Positions 10,086 through 19,318 of a stretch of 64,000 nucleotides of DNA are shown piece by piece (positions within the stretch are counted from its first letter, which is position 1; every line of letters starts with the position of its first letter). Both the position numbers and the translations under genes were made by a program. Source of the DNA: Acidimicrobiia bacterium (GTDB taxonomy: Bacteria > Actinomycetota > Acidimicrobiia > Spongiisociales > ZC4RG35); the NCBI GenBank assembly GCA_041746105.1, contig JBGTHP010000003.1, positions 160,436-224,435 of the forward strand, in the 5' to 3' direction. A model generated the notes under the pieces. It did no database searches, had not been told where the DNA came from, and saw only the letters and a program-made list of their open reading frames with translations.

Positions 10086-10442
10086 CTACTCTTGGTCGCG
10101 CCAGTCGCACCATGCGGTGATGGCGGCTTCTAGATCGTTTCTCCCGGCTTCAACGTCTGGCAGATCTGCGAAACGCATGACCCTCGCCGTGGCGCCGGTG
10201 CCTTCGAGCTTGGGGTGGTCACCAGGTATCAATGCTCCGCGGTGAAACAGAAGGCTGACCAGGTTTTTGGCTGGGTTGAAACTGACGATGTTGCCTTTGT
10301 ACGAAAAGGTGGGCGTCTGCCATTTGATCGATTCTTCGATTCTGGTGTCGACGCCGAGGATGATCGACCTGACCAGTTGGAGTGCTTCGGCGAGCGGTGG
10401 ACTTTTTTTCGTGAACCAATCGTCGACATCGACTGAACTCAT
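10086..10442 (-). CDS. DUF1801 (YdhG-like) domain protein
   Basis: DWFTKKSPPLAEALQLVRSIILGVDTRIEESIKWQTPTFSYKGNIVSFNP matches the DUF1801 pattern. ATG at 10442 avoids a 59-bp overlap with the upstream gene. The longest ORF runs to 10544. Confidence 0.6.
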   Translation of the reverse strand: MSSVDVDDWFTKKSPPLAEALQLVRSIILGVDTRIEESIKWQTPTFSYKGNIVSFNPAKNLVSLLFHRGALIPGDHPKLEGTGATARVMRFADLPDVEAGRNDLEAAITAWCDWRDQE

Positions 10443-10485
10443 CACCAGATGCTGGCACAACTCACGTGTCTGCGAATGATTGCGG

Positions 10486-12330
10486 TCAATCTCCAAAAAG
10501 TGTGAGGGCTCGAATCCATGCCGTTTTTCCACAATCGGCCCCAAGGCGGCGTCCAGCTAGATCGTCTGCACCGATATGGATACCCCCATAGATTCGGGAG
10601 AGGCCTGCTTGATCGGCGGCGTCGAAATAGGTCGCCCATTGCAGAGCAACGGTGTGACTCGGTCCCGATTCGAACTCGAGGTCGCCGGGTTGAGAGACGA
10701 ACTCGGCTATCCCTCCCGGAAAGAAGGCATCGCCCGTGATCGCGGTGAGAACCTCTGCAGCCGCCCTGCTGAATGTCGAGTGTCCAGAGACGTAAGCAGC
10801 GAAGGCCGGTGTCACGAATGTGCTCTTTTGGTACGGCAACCAGGCGGCTGCACGTATCCAGCCAACGCCTCCGAGATCGGTTTTTGGGTCCTGCGGCTGG
10901 CCGTTCCACGCCCACACGGCGAGCTCGCCCTCCAACCCAGAGAGGTCGTGGTGTTTTTGTCCGGGTGCCGTGGTCGCCGGCGTGATTAGTTCTATCAGGC
11001 CAGGGATCAAGGGAAGACCATCCTCGGAATACGAGGGGTCTGACGGGTCGGAGGCTTGGCCCAGTGACGCGAGGAAGCGGATCATCGTGATCGGTCTGCT
11101 CGTGTCGTAGTACGCCTTCGCCCCCCACGCCGCGATCGCCGAGTCGTGAAGGGCGCCATTGAGGGCCAAATACAACTTCACGTCCCACTCCAGTCGGTCC
11201 AGCGCCGGCCCGGTGCCGCCGATCCGATGTGATTCGAGCTGGTCAGAGACCTCATTGGCAATTGTGTTCCAATGCCCCGGCGGGGTCTCGGACTTGGGAC
11301 CATCTGCCCAGAATTCTGCCAGCACGCGGGAGAAGTCTCCGCCGTCGACGACATTCGGTGCGTAGCTTTCTCCCGTGACGGGATTGATAGGGTGCCCCCG
11401 ACCCTGGTTGGAGCCAAGCGGGTTGTTGCCAAATGAGCCCGGCGAGATGTCGATGAGGTCGCCGACCGGTTCGAGGACGGCACCGTGACGGAGAACGTCG
11501 ACGGCGGCATCGACGAATCCAGAGCCAGAACCTTTCGCGAAGGTAGGCGGCGTCCCAGGGTCTATCGGTAGCCCGTTGGCGGCAGGAGTAAGACCGAACG
11601 GCTCTACGTGGCCCCAATGCGACCCGATATAGATCTGCACTGCGCCTGCGATCCGCTGCCCGTTTTGTGTGATCTGTTCGCTCAACGACAGTGGCTGCCA
11701 GTGGTTTGGATCAGACACGACTATCCCAGGCTGTGACACCACCAGAGGTTCGTTGACCGCCTTGTACCCAGGGTTGCTGTATTGGCGTAGCTCGTTGGAT
11801 CCGTCGTCGAGGTTTTCTGTGATCACGGTTCTACCGATCATCGACCCGAGACCAACGGCAGTCGTTGGATCATTACGATTCGGATCCAGCGGGTCGAGAC
11901 ACAGAGAGACGAGGGTCGAGTCGAGGGCGGCCAGGGTTTCGCCTGCTCCTGCGCTGTAGCGGTATCTGAACGAGAGCACCTCGTATGCGGCGAAGCTGAT
12001 GGCGGTGATTTGGTCGGCGACTCCGTCGATGGAGACGAACTTGGTTTCGACGAACACTGGCTTGGCGCCCTGTTCGAAAGCGGACCACGAATCCCACATT
12101 GCTGCCGAAAGGTGAAAGAGGTTGCGGGCGTGCACGGTCGGGCTCGGGAAATCCCTCCGGATGGCATCCAACGCCACCTCGTTCCACACCCGAGCAACCG
12201 AGAGGTCGTCGTCGATGACCGGTCGACAGGTCGAGGCTTGCCAATAGCCGATCGACGCAATCAGGAGAGCGATCGCGGTAGTGACCGCGACTCTCGAACG
12301 ATGGTGCTGGCCAGGTTGCGTCGACGGCAT
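10486..12330 (-). CDS. PAP2-superfamily / vanadium-haloperoxidase-like protein, membrane anchored or secreted
   Basis: K-x6-RP (KAYYDTSRP), SGH (YVSGHSTFS) and SR-x5-H-x3-D (SRIYGGIHIGADD) motifs. N-terminal hydrophobic anchor VAVTTAIALLIASIGYW. ATG 12330 is preferred, because the longest ORF (to 12447) overlaps the divergent gene start. Confidence 0.65.
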   Translation of the reverse strand: MPSTQPGQHHRSRVAVTTAIALLIASIGYWQASTCRPVIDDDLSVARVWNEVALDAIRRDFPSPTVHARNLFHLSAAMWDSWSAFEQGAKPVFVETKFVSIDGVADQITAISFAAYEVLSFRYRYSAGAGETLAALDSTLVSLCLDPLDPNRNDPTTAVGLGSMIGRTVITENLDDGSNELRQYSNPGYKAVNEPLVVSQPGIVVSDPNHWQPLSLSEQITQNGQRIAGAVQIYIGSHWGHVEPFGLTPAANGLPIDPGTPPTFAKGSGSGFVDAAVDVLRHGAVLEPVGDLIDISPGSFGNNPLGSNQGRGHPINPVTGESYAPNVVDGGDFSRVLAEFWADGPKSETPPGHWNTIANEVSDQLESHRIGGTGPALDRLEWDVKLYLALNGALHDSAIAAWGAKAYYDTSRPITMIRFLASLGQASDPSDPSYSEDGLPLIPGLIELITPATTAPGQKHHDLSGLEGELAVWAWNGQPQDPKTDLGGVGWIRAAAWLPYQKSTFVTPAFAAYVSGHSTFSRAAAEVLTAITGDAFFPGGIAEFVSQPGDLEFESGPSHTVALQWATYFDAADQAGLSRIYGGIHIGADDLAGRRLGADCGKTAWIRALTLFGD

Positions 12331-12417
12331 CGGCGCGACTCTACGGTCCGGCGGTGACGACTTCGGCGCTGGTTGGTCGAAATCGAACCGCCGCCTGTCC
12401 GACCGTAGGATGGGGCG

Positions 12418-14442
12418 ATGCACCAGGTGCTTGGAACGTGCCACCACGACTGTCCCGACTCATGTGGTTGGGTGGCGGACGTCGATGATGGTGTGGTCGT
12501 AAAGCTGAGAGGCAATTCAGACCATCCCTATTCGAAGGGGGAGTTGTGCCCGAAGGTCAATCGGTTTCTCGACCGCGTTTACAGCCCGGAGCGGATCCTC
12601 CATCCTCTGATACGAGTGGGTGAAAAAGGGGAGGCACACTTTCGGAAGGCAACATGGGACGAGGCGCTGAAGCTGGTGGCCGACCGGCTCGGTCATACGA
12701 AGGCTCGGTACGGTGGCGAGGCGATCTTGCCATGGTGGGATGCCGGGACCCAGGGGCTGATCCAGATGAGCTCTCTGGATCGGCGGTTTTTTGCCAAGCT
12801 CGGCTCCTCCCGGCTCACCGGATCGCTCTGCGGTGAGACGGCCGGAGCCGGGGTCGCCGCTACCTACGGAAGTGGGCGCGGGGCAGAACCAACAGATGTG
12901 CGCTTCGCCAAACTCGTCATCTTGTGGGCCACCAACACGCGGCTGACGAATCGGCACCTGTGGCCATTCGTCGAAGAAGCCAGAGCCAACGGTGCTCAGG
13001 TCATCGTGATAGATCCGATCAGAACAATGACGGCGGAGGCAGCGGACTGGTTCATTCAACCGCTGCCCGGCACCGACATCGCCATGATGCTGGCGATGAT
13101 GCATGTGTTGATCAGGGACGGTCTGATCGACCAGGAGTACATCGAAAGTTATTCGGAAGGTTTTCCTCGGCTCGCCGAATCGGTTGCGGAGTGGACCCCG
13201 GAAAGGGCCGAGGCCGTCTGTGGTGTGTCTGCGGGCGAGATCGAGCGTTTGGCGGGAGCCTACGCGCGAACCAGGCCCGCCTTCATCCGCACGTTGATCG
13301 GCGCTGAGCATCACGCCGACGGAGCCATGTTCTTCAGGACGATCGCCTGTCTGCCGGTCCTCACCGGCGCGTGGCGCGAGCGCGGTGGGGGACTGGCCCG
13401 AAGTGTCGCAGTGTGGGCCGACGATTCGGTCGACGATTCTGTTTTCGAACCACCCGACTACGGCGGCACTCGCAGGGAAATCAACATGAACGAGTTGGGT
13501 CAAGCCTTGACCAGCGATCTCGATCCCCCGGTGAAAACACTGCTCGTGTGGAATGGCAACCCCGTCGTGAGTGTGCCCAACAGCGGTCTGATCCGCTCCG
13601 GGCTCGAACGAGAGGATCTTTTCACGGTTGTCAGTGAGCAGTTCGTCACGGATACCGCTCGGTACGCCGATGTTGTATTTCCCGCGACCACCCAACTCGA
13701 ACAGGAAGACGCAGTGGTTTCCTGGGGGCACATGTATCTCGGCTGGAATCACAAAGCGATCGACCCGCTTGGTGAATCGGTTCCCAACACCGAACTGTGG
13801 CGGCGCCTCTCGGCAGCCATGGGGTTTTCTGAGCCGGCGTTGTTCGAGTCAGACGAATCGTTGCTTCGGTCGGCGCTGAGTCGGGTCGATCTCGACGATC
13901 TCATGACCAGAGGTTTTGTTCGTCTCGATATACCCGACGAGCTGACCCCCTATCGACATGGAGGGTTCGCCACGGCCAGCGGGAAAGCGTTGTTGTGGAG
14001 CGACGACTTGGCCGCCGAAGGGCACGGGGGTCCGCCCGCATACCGGGCGAAAGTCGAGAGCTCATTTCCTCTTCGGCTCCTCACACCAAAACAACATGTT
14101 CGTTTCCTGAACACGTCATACACCCACCTCCCCAAACATGGTCCGGCGGAGGGAGGCCCCTTTGTCGAGATAGACGTAGTTGACGCACAAGAGCGGGGGA
14201 TCGAAGAAGGTGATTTGGTCACCGTCTGGAACGATCGAGGCTCCCTCGACCTCCCGGCGAAGCTCTCGTCACGGTTGCGCCAGGGGGTGGTGGCCATTCC
14301 TTTCGGGTGGCAGGCCATCGATCACGGTCTCCAGGGCACGGCCAATACCCTGACCTCGGACGCACCAACCGACTGGGGGGGTGGAGTTGCCTTTTCTGAC
14401 ACCAGGGTCGACTTGACCCTCGCTCCGGGCAAGGCGAGATGA
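12418..14442 (+). CDS. molybdopterin (bis-MGD) oxidoreductase, DMSO-reductase superfamily, cytoplasmic type
   Basis: N-terminal 4Fe-4S motif CHHDCPDSCGW, 674 aa, no Tat signal. SD-like GGATGGGG before ATG 12418. Confidence 0.8.
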   Translation: MHQVLGTCHHDCPDSCGWVADVDDGVVVKLRGNSDHPYSKGELCPKVNRFLDRVYSPERILHPLIRVGEKGEAHFRKATWDEALKLVADRLGHTKARYGGEAILPWWDAGTQGLIQMSSLDRRFFAKLGSSRLTGSLCGETAGAGVAATYGSGRGAEPTDVRFAKLVILWATNTRLTNRHLWPFVEEARANGAQVIVIDPIRTMTAEAADWFIQPLPGTDIAMMLAMMHVLIRDGLIDQEYIESYSEGFPRLAESVAEWTPERAEAVCGVSAGEIERLAGAYARTRPAFIRTLIGAEHHADGAMFFRTIACLPVLTGAWRERGGGLARSVAVWADDSVDDSVFEPPDYGGTRREINMNELGQALTSDLDPPVKTLLVWNGNPVVSVPNSGLIRSGLEREDLFTVVSEQFVTDTARYADVVFPATTQLEQEDAVVSWGHMYLGWNHKAIDPLGESVPNTELWRRLSAAMGFSEPALFESDESLLRSALSRVDLDDLMTRGFVRLDIPDELTPYRHGGFATASGKALLWSDDLAAEGHGGPPAYRAKVESSFPLRLLTPKQHVRFLNTSYTHLPKHGPAEGGPFVEIDVVDAQERGIEEGDLVTVWNDRGSLDLPAKLSSRLRQGVVAIPFGWQAIDHGLQGTANTLTSDAPTDWGGGVAFSDTRVDLTLAPGKAR

Positions 14443-15854
14443 CTCCCGAGGAGTTTCGGTCCGCCGGCCACGAGATCATTGACTGGATTGCCGACTTTCG
14501 CGGAGGGATCGAACAACTACCCGTGAGGTCGCGGGCCAAACCCGGCGACGTTTCAGCGAGGCTGGCGGCGGAGGCCGGGGCGACGCGAGATCCACTGCGT
14601 GATCTCCTGAATGACCTCGACTCGATCATCGTTCCGGCGTCGACGCATCCACAGCACCCTGGCTACCTTGCCTTCTTTCCCGCCAATGTTGCTTTGTCCT
14701 CGATGCTGGGCGACTTTGTTTCTACCGGTCTCGGGCAATTGGGTATCACCTGGGAGTCGTCGCCGGCGCTGACCGAACTCGAGGAGGTCGTCTGCGATTG
14801 GATGCGCTCGCTCTACAGACTGCCCGCCGGCTGGAAAGGTACGATCCACGACACCGCTTCTACGGCATGCCTTGTGGCGATGTTGGTGGCAAGAGAGCGA
14901 GCGAGTTCTGTCGGTCTGGCCCTGGGCGGTCTTCAAGCGGAACCGCGCCCTCTCACGGTTTACGCCTCGACCCAGGCTCACAGTTCTGTGCAAAAGGCGG
15001 TTCTTTTGGCCGGCTTCGGAGCGTCCAATCTGCGACACATCGACTGTGACGGGGACTATTCGATGCGTGCGCAATTGCTCGAGGAGGCGATCGTTGCCGA
15101 TATCGAGGCGGGTTTTCGTCCAGCGGCGGTGGTGGCGACCGTCGGTTCCACCGCAACCACGGCGGTAGACCCGCTGGGTTCGATCGCAGAGATCACACAA
15201 CGACACGACATGTGGCTCCATGTCGACGCCGCGATGGCAGGATCGGCGATGATGCTCGACGAGTGCCGCTGGATGTTCGAGGGCATCGAGTCGGCCAATT
15301 CGATTTCGACCAACCCGCACAAGTGGATGGGAACCGCCCTCGACTGCTCACTGTTTTTCGTGCGTGACCACCGCGAGTTGACCTCGGTCATGTCGACCAA
15401 TCCGTCCTATCTCCAGAGCCAGGTGGACGGATCTGTCACCCAGTACCGGGATTGGGGGATCCCGCTGGGCCGCCGGTTCAGGGCGTTGAAACTCTGGTTT
15501 CAGCTGAGGCTGGACGGGCTGGAGGAGATAGAGTCGAGGTTGCGGCGGGATCTTGCCCACGCCGGCTGGCTGGCGGAGGAGGTGGAGAAGGAGCCCCATT
15601 GGCAGGTCCTGGCGCCGGTCACGCTGCAGACCGTCTGCATTCGCCACGAACCGCCTGGCGTCCAGGGAGAGGCTCTCGAAGCCCACACACTGGCGTGGGC
15701 AGAAGCGATCAACAGGTCGGGGGAGTTTTTTGTGACTCCGGCAAAACTCGACGGCAGATGGATGGTCAGAGTCTCCTTTGGAGCCTTGACCACGGAGAGG
15801 CACCACGTTGTCCGATTTTGGGCGTTGTGCCGCAGTCTCGCTCAGCAGACCTAG
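14439..15854 (+). CDS. group II PLP-dependent decarboxylase (aromatic-L-amino-acid decarboxylase-like)
   Basis: PLP-lysine motif STNPHKWMG. N-terminal HPGYLAFFP motif. The start overlaps the upstream stop (ATGA at 14439-14442). Confidence 0.85.
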   Translation: MTPEEFRSAGHEIIDWIADFRGGIEQLPVRSRAKPGDVSARLAAEAGATRDPLRDLLNDLDSIIVPASTHPQHPGYLAFFPANVALSSMLGDFVSTGLGQLGITWESSPALTELEEVVCDWMRSLYRLPAGWKGTIHDTASTACLVAMLVARERASSVGLALGGLQAEPRPLTVYASTQAHSSVQKAVLLAGFGASNLRHIDCDGDYSMRAQLLEEAIVADIEAGFRPAAVVATVGSTATTAVDPLGSIAEITQRHDMWLHVDAAMAGSAMMLDECRWMFEGIESANSISTNPHKWMGTALDCSLFFVRDHRELTSVMSTNPSYLQSQVDGSVTQYRDWGIPLGRRFRALKLWFQLRLDGLEEIESRLRRDLAHAGWLAEEVEKEPHWQVLAPVTLQTVCIRHEPPGVQGEALEAHTLAWAEAINRSGEFFVTPAKLDGRWMVRVSFGALTTERHHVVRFWALCRSLAQQT

Positions 15855-15855
15855 C

Positions 15856-16980
15856 TCAGCCGACCAGAGCGACCCATTTTTCGAGTTTGGCCCTGGTGAT
15901 GATGGCCTCGTCCAGGTCAGGCGAAAACGCTGCTTTGTCGATGTCGAGGTTCGAGGACACCAACGATCTGGCGATGTGGACCACCGCCGTCGGAGTGAGG
16001 CGGTCTGTTTCGACCGGGTGGTGATGGTTCAACACCGTGTCGACTACCGCCCGTGGCAGGCGCCAGAGCGCACAGAGATACCCTCCGATGTCGCTGTGGC
16101 CAACTCCGAACAACGCCTTTTCGGCGTCGTCGGTTGGCTCGATCGACAGGTAATCGTCGCGCCAGTTCTGGAATAGGACGATGGCGCCGATGTCGTGGAG
16201 GAGACCTCCGAGTTTGGTGCTCTCGAGATCGGTGTGGTTGAAACCTTCCGTTTTGGCGATCGCTCCTGCCAGTGCAGAGACGCCGAGGGCGTCCTGCCAC
16301 ATCGATTCGATCAGTTTTATGTCGAGTGAAGATGCCTGGTTGAAAACCGCCACCGCCAAAACGAGGTGAGTCACCATTTCGATGCCGAGAAGGATCGCGG
16401 CGTGGGAGACATCCGAGACCGCCGTGCGAAGCCCATACAGGGCCGAGTTGACGGTCTGGATCACCTTGACCGAGACAGCCGGGTCGGATCGGATTATCTC
16501 TCCGATCTCTTTGATCGATGGATCCTTGCCCCGCAGCACTTCCTGGAGCTTGAGATACACGGTAGGAAGAGCCGGCATCCGCAGGGCACCGCTCAGAATC
16601 GAGTCGAGCCTCTCACTCGAAATGCGATCGCCGAGGAGGGCCGCGGCCAGAACCGACCGTCTCAACTTCTCTCCGTCCAACGGTCTGTGCAAATAGTGAG
16701 TTGTCGGCGCTCCGGCCAATCGGGCGTTGGTGCCGATCGCCAGCCTCCCGATGTGTTTGTGGTGAACGGAGGCGTGCGACAGCGTCTTGGCGGCGTAGCT
16801 CGTGGCGTCCCCGATGCCGGCTATCAGACAATCGAAGTCGCCACTGGCCATGGCGGCGACTGCTTCCTCTTCCGATCCCGCCAATGTCACCTCGAAGCCG
16901 AGACGTCCCCCGTCAAAGAGAGGGGCGAGTTCTGCCATCGATCGTTGGTCATCGTCTACCAACAGGGCTCTGAAGGTCAT
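15856..16980 (-). CDS. receiver-like domain + HDOD domain protein
   Basis: N-terminal CheY-like fold (ALLVDDDQRS...). HDOD-type sequence LPALPTVYLKLQEVLRGKDPSIKEIGEIIRSDPAVSVKVIQTVNSALYGL. Confidence 0.7.
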   Translation of the reverse strand: MTFRALLVDDDQRSMAELAPLFDGGRLGFEVTLAGSEEEAVAAMASGDFDCLIAGIGDATSYAAKTLSHASVHHKHIGRLAIGTNARLAGAPTTHYLHRPLDGEKLRRSVLAAALLGDRISSERLDSILSGALRMPALPTVYLKLQEVLRGKDPSIKEIGEIIRSDPAVSVKVIQTVNSALYGLRTAVSDVSHAAILLGIEMVTHLVLAVAVFNQASSLDIKLIESMWQDALGVSALAGAIAKTEGFNHTDLESTKLGGLLHDIGAIVLFQNWRDDYLSIEPTDDAEKALFGVGHSDIGGYLCALWRLPRAVVDTVLNHHHPVETDRLTPTAVVHIARSLVSSNLDIDKAAFSPDLDEAIITRAKLEKWVALVG

Positions 16981-17045
16981 CGGTCGACTCCACTGGGTTG
17001 ATTCGTTGTTCCTTCCGTCGGCATTGACGTGCGTCGGTCAAGCAG

Positions 17046-18035
17046 GTGTGGTCGAATGGTCGGGTGTTTGAACCGCTATTTCTCAAACCGATCCTCGCGC
17101 CAAAGCCGTGGGGAGGGCGCCGACTATCGGCTTACGGCAAACCTGTCCCGACGGACGCGAACATAGGCGAGAGCTGGGACGTGGTGGATCTCGATCCGGC
17201 GGCCGCATCGACCGTGGCAAACGCTCAGAGCGTGGTGCAGAGTGGTCGTTTCGACGGTATGACCCTCCACGATCTCGTGGTCGCCTACCCGACCGAGATC
17301 CTCGGAGCGGGGAACGAGCGCACCAGGTTTCCTCTTCTGGTCAAGTGGATCGACGCCAGAGAGAACCTTTCGATCCAACTGCATCCGTCTGAGACCGGCG
17401 CCCGACCCGAGGCAGGGGTTTTTTCGAAAACCGAATCTTGGTACGTCGTCGAGGCTCTCGACGATGCTCGCCTCTTGATCGACGTCGTGGCTGCGACCGA
17501 CCACAAGGATGTCGTGGAGGCTCTCGGGTCGCAAAAGATGGTGGGACTGATGCGACAGGTCCTCGCCCGGCGGGGTGGATTCCACCATATCCCAGCCGGG
17601 ATGCTCCATGCGCTCGGGGCGGGCGTGCTGATTCTCGAGGTTCAGACTCCCAGTGACACCACGTTCCGGGTCTACGACTGGGCCCAAGAATACGGTCGGG
17701 AAACCAGGCCGATGCATGTCGACCAAGCTGGTCCCTCGCTGGTTCTACACCATCCTTCTCGTCTCGATCGCGACCCGCTCGAGACCCAGGGATCGAGGCT
17801 CCTGGTAGAGACGCAGGCCTATTCGATGACCGAACATCGCGGCATCCCACTGGCGCTCGACGACGGCGTCATGACAATTCTCTGCGTCGTCGCCGGCGAA
17901 ATGCGTTCTGACAAACAGTTGCTGGTTGCGGGAACAACCCTGCTCGTGCCGGCCGCGGCCAGCAGAGGAATCGAATATTTGTTGGAGGCCGACTCTGTCG
18001 TCGTCGAGATCACAGCCAATTCAGGCCGTGGCTGA
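17046..18035 (+). CDS. manA: class I mannose-6-phosphate isomerase
   Basis: KPWGGRRL...GESWDV N-terminal motif, LSIQLHP and HALGAG cupin metal-site motifs. Confidence 0.7.
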   Translation: MWSNGRVFEPLFLKPILAPKPWGGRRLSAYGKPVPTDANIGESWDVVDLDPAAASTVANAQSVVQSGRFDGMTLHDLVVAYPTEILGAGNERTRFPLLVKWIDARENLSIQLHPSETGARPEAGVFSKTESWYVVEALDDARLLIDVVAATDHKDVVEALGSQKMVGLMRQVLARRGGFHHIPAGMLHALGAGVLILEVQTPSDTTFRVYDWAQEYGRETRPMHVDQAGPSLVLHHPSRLDRDPLETQGSRLLVETQAYSMTEHRGIPLALDDGVMTILCVVAGEMRSDKQLLVAGTTLLVPAAASRGIEYLLEADSVVVEITANSGRG

Positions 18036-19277
18036 AATAGCCTTCGACAAAGATTCCGCTGCCAGGTCGATTTCTTCTTCCGAAACCGTGAGTGGGGGCA
18101 TGAATCGAATTGTGTTTCCACGAGCGCCTGCGCCCATCAAAAGGAGACGCGACTCCTCTCGAGCGTGCCGTATCACCGCAGTACAGCGTTCAGCGTCTGG
18201 TTGGCCCTTTTGATCGATGAAATCTGCTCCGACCATCAATCCGGGCCCGCGCACATTGCGCAGACCCGCCGGGTCGCCGGTCATCGACTGCAGGGCCGAG
18301 CGCAGTTGGTCGCCCCTGGCTACGACGTTTGCGAGAAAACCTGGCGCCGAGATCACTTCGATCGTCGCCAGCGCGGCCGCACAACCCATCGGATTGCCTC
18401 CGTAGGTTCCGCCGTGAGACCCGACCGGCCAGCGATCCATCAGTTCGGCTCTCGCTCCGATCGCCGCCATCGGGAAGCCCGACGCGATCCCTTTGGCCAT
18501 TGTCATGATGTCGGGGTCGATCTGGTGATGCTCCGAGGCGAACATCTTTCCGGTTCGGCCAAATCCCGATTGAATCTCGTCTACGACGAGTAGCAGATCA
18601 TGACGGCGGCAGATCTCCTCAACACCCTCCAGGTACGACGGAGGAGCTTGGACATATCCACCTTCGCCCAGGACGGGTTCGATCACGATTGCAGCCGTTT
18701 CAGATGGGGCGGTCTGGGTCTTCAGGATCCACTCGAGGCCCAGCAACGAACGTGTGACCGCTGCCTCGACCGACTCGCCGCTCAGGTAATGGTCCGGGAA
18801 AGGAGCAACGAACACCCCGGATGGAAGCGGCGCGTGTCCGGCGCGATAAGAAGTCTTTGACGTAGTCATGGCCATGGTCATGGCGGTTCTGCCGTGAAAT
18901 GATCCTTCCACAACGATGATGTGGGGACGGCCGGTTGCCTGCTTGCTCAGTTTGACGGCTCCCTCGACCGCCTCCGCCCCGGAATTGGTGAAGAAGAATC
19001 GCTCGATCGAAGGCGGGGTTATCTGGGACAGACGATCCGCAAGGGGTCTCATCAGGTCGTGGGTGAAGATGTTGGCCTGGGCGTGGATGAACCGGGCAGC
19101 CTGTTCCTGGATCGCCGCCACCACGGAAGGATGGCAATGCCCTGTGTTCGTCACTGCGATACCGCAGGTGAAATCGAGGTATCGGTCCCCTTCGACGGTG
19201 TAGATCCACGAGCCCTCGCCCCTGGCAACCTCGAGATCGGTCATCTTGAACCATACGTCGGCGAGCGAGCCTGCCAT
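18021..19277 (-). CDS. class III PLP aminotransferase (GabT-like)
   Basis: Strong SD AGGAGG 5 nt before ATG 19277. Motifs FTNSGAEAVE, DEIQSGFGRTGK, MTMAKGIASG (PLP lysine). Confidence 0.85.
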   Translation of the reverse strand: MAGSLADVWFKMTDLEVARGEGSWIYTVEGDRYLDFTCGIAVTNTGHCHPSVVAAIQEQAARFIHAQANIFTHDLMRPLADRLSQITPPSIERFFFTNSGAEAVEGAVKLSKQATGRPHIIVVEGSFHGRTAMTMAMTTSKTSYRAGHAPLPSGVFVAPFPDHYLSGESVEAAVTRSLLGLEWILKTQTAPSETAAIVIEPVLGEGGYVQAPPSYLEGVEEICRRHDLLLVVDEIQSGFGRTGKMFASEHHQIDPDIMTMAKGIASGFPMAAIGARAELMDRWPVGSHGGTYGGNPMGCAAALATIEVISAPGFLANVVARGDQLRSALQSMTGDPAGLRNVRGPGLMVGADFIDQKGQPDAERCTAVIRHAREESRLLLMGAGARGNTIRFMPPLTVSEEEIDLAAESLSKAISATA

Positions 19278-19318
19278 TCGTTCCTCCTGTTGAATGACCA
19301 ACGATAATGACAAGGAGG

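Noticed and set aside
10442-11188. 248-aa minus-strand ORF in a second frame within the haloperoxidase-like gene
   Set aside because: This is an alternative frame of a gene with clear motifs. The translation is Arg/Pro/Trp-rich and featureless.
12331-12447. 39-codon upstream extension of the haloperoxidase-like ORF
   Set aside because: It would overlap the divergent Mo-oxidoreductase start by 30 bp. The internal ATG 12330 immediately precedes the hydrophobic anchor.
12517-13752. 411-aa ORF antisense to the molybdopterin oxidoreductase
   Set aside because: Shadow ORF of a high-GC gene. It has a Pro/Gly/Arg-rich, low-complexity translation, while the sense strand carries recognisable family motifs.
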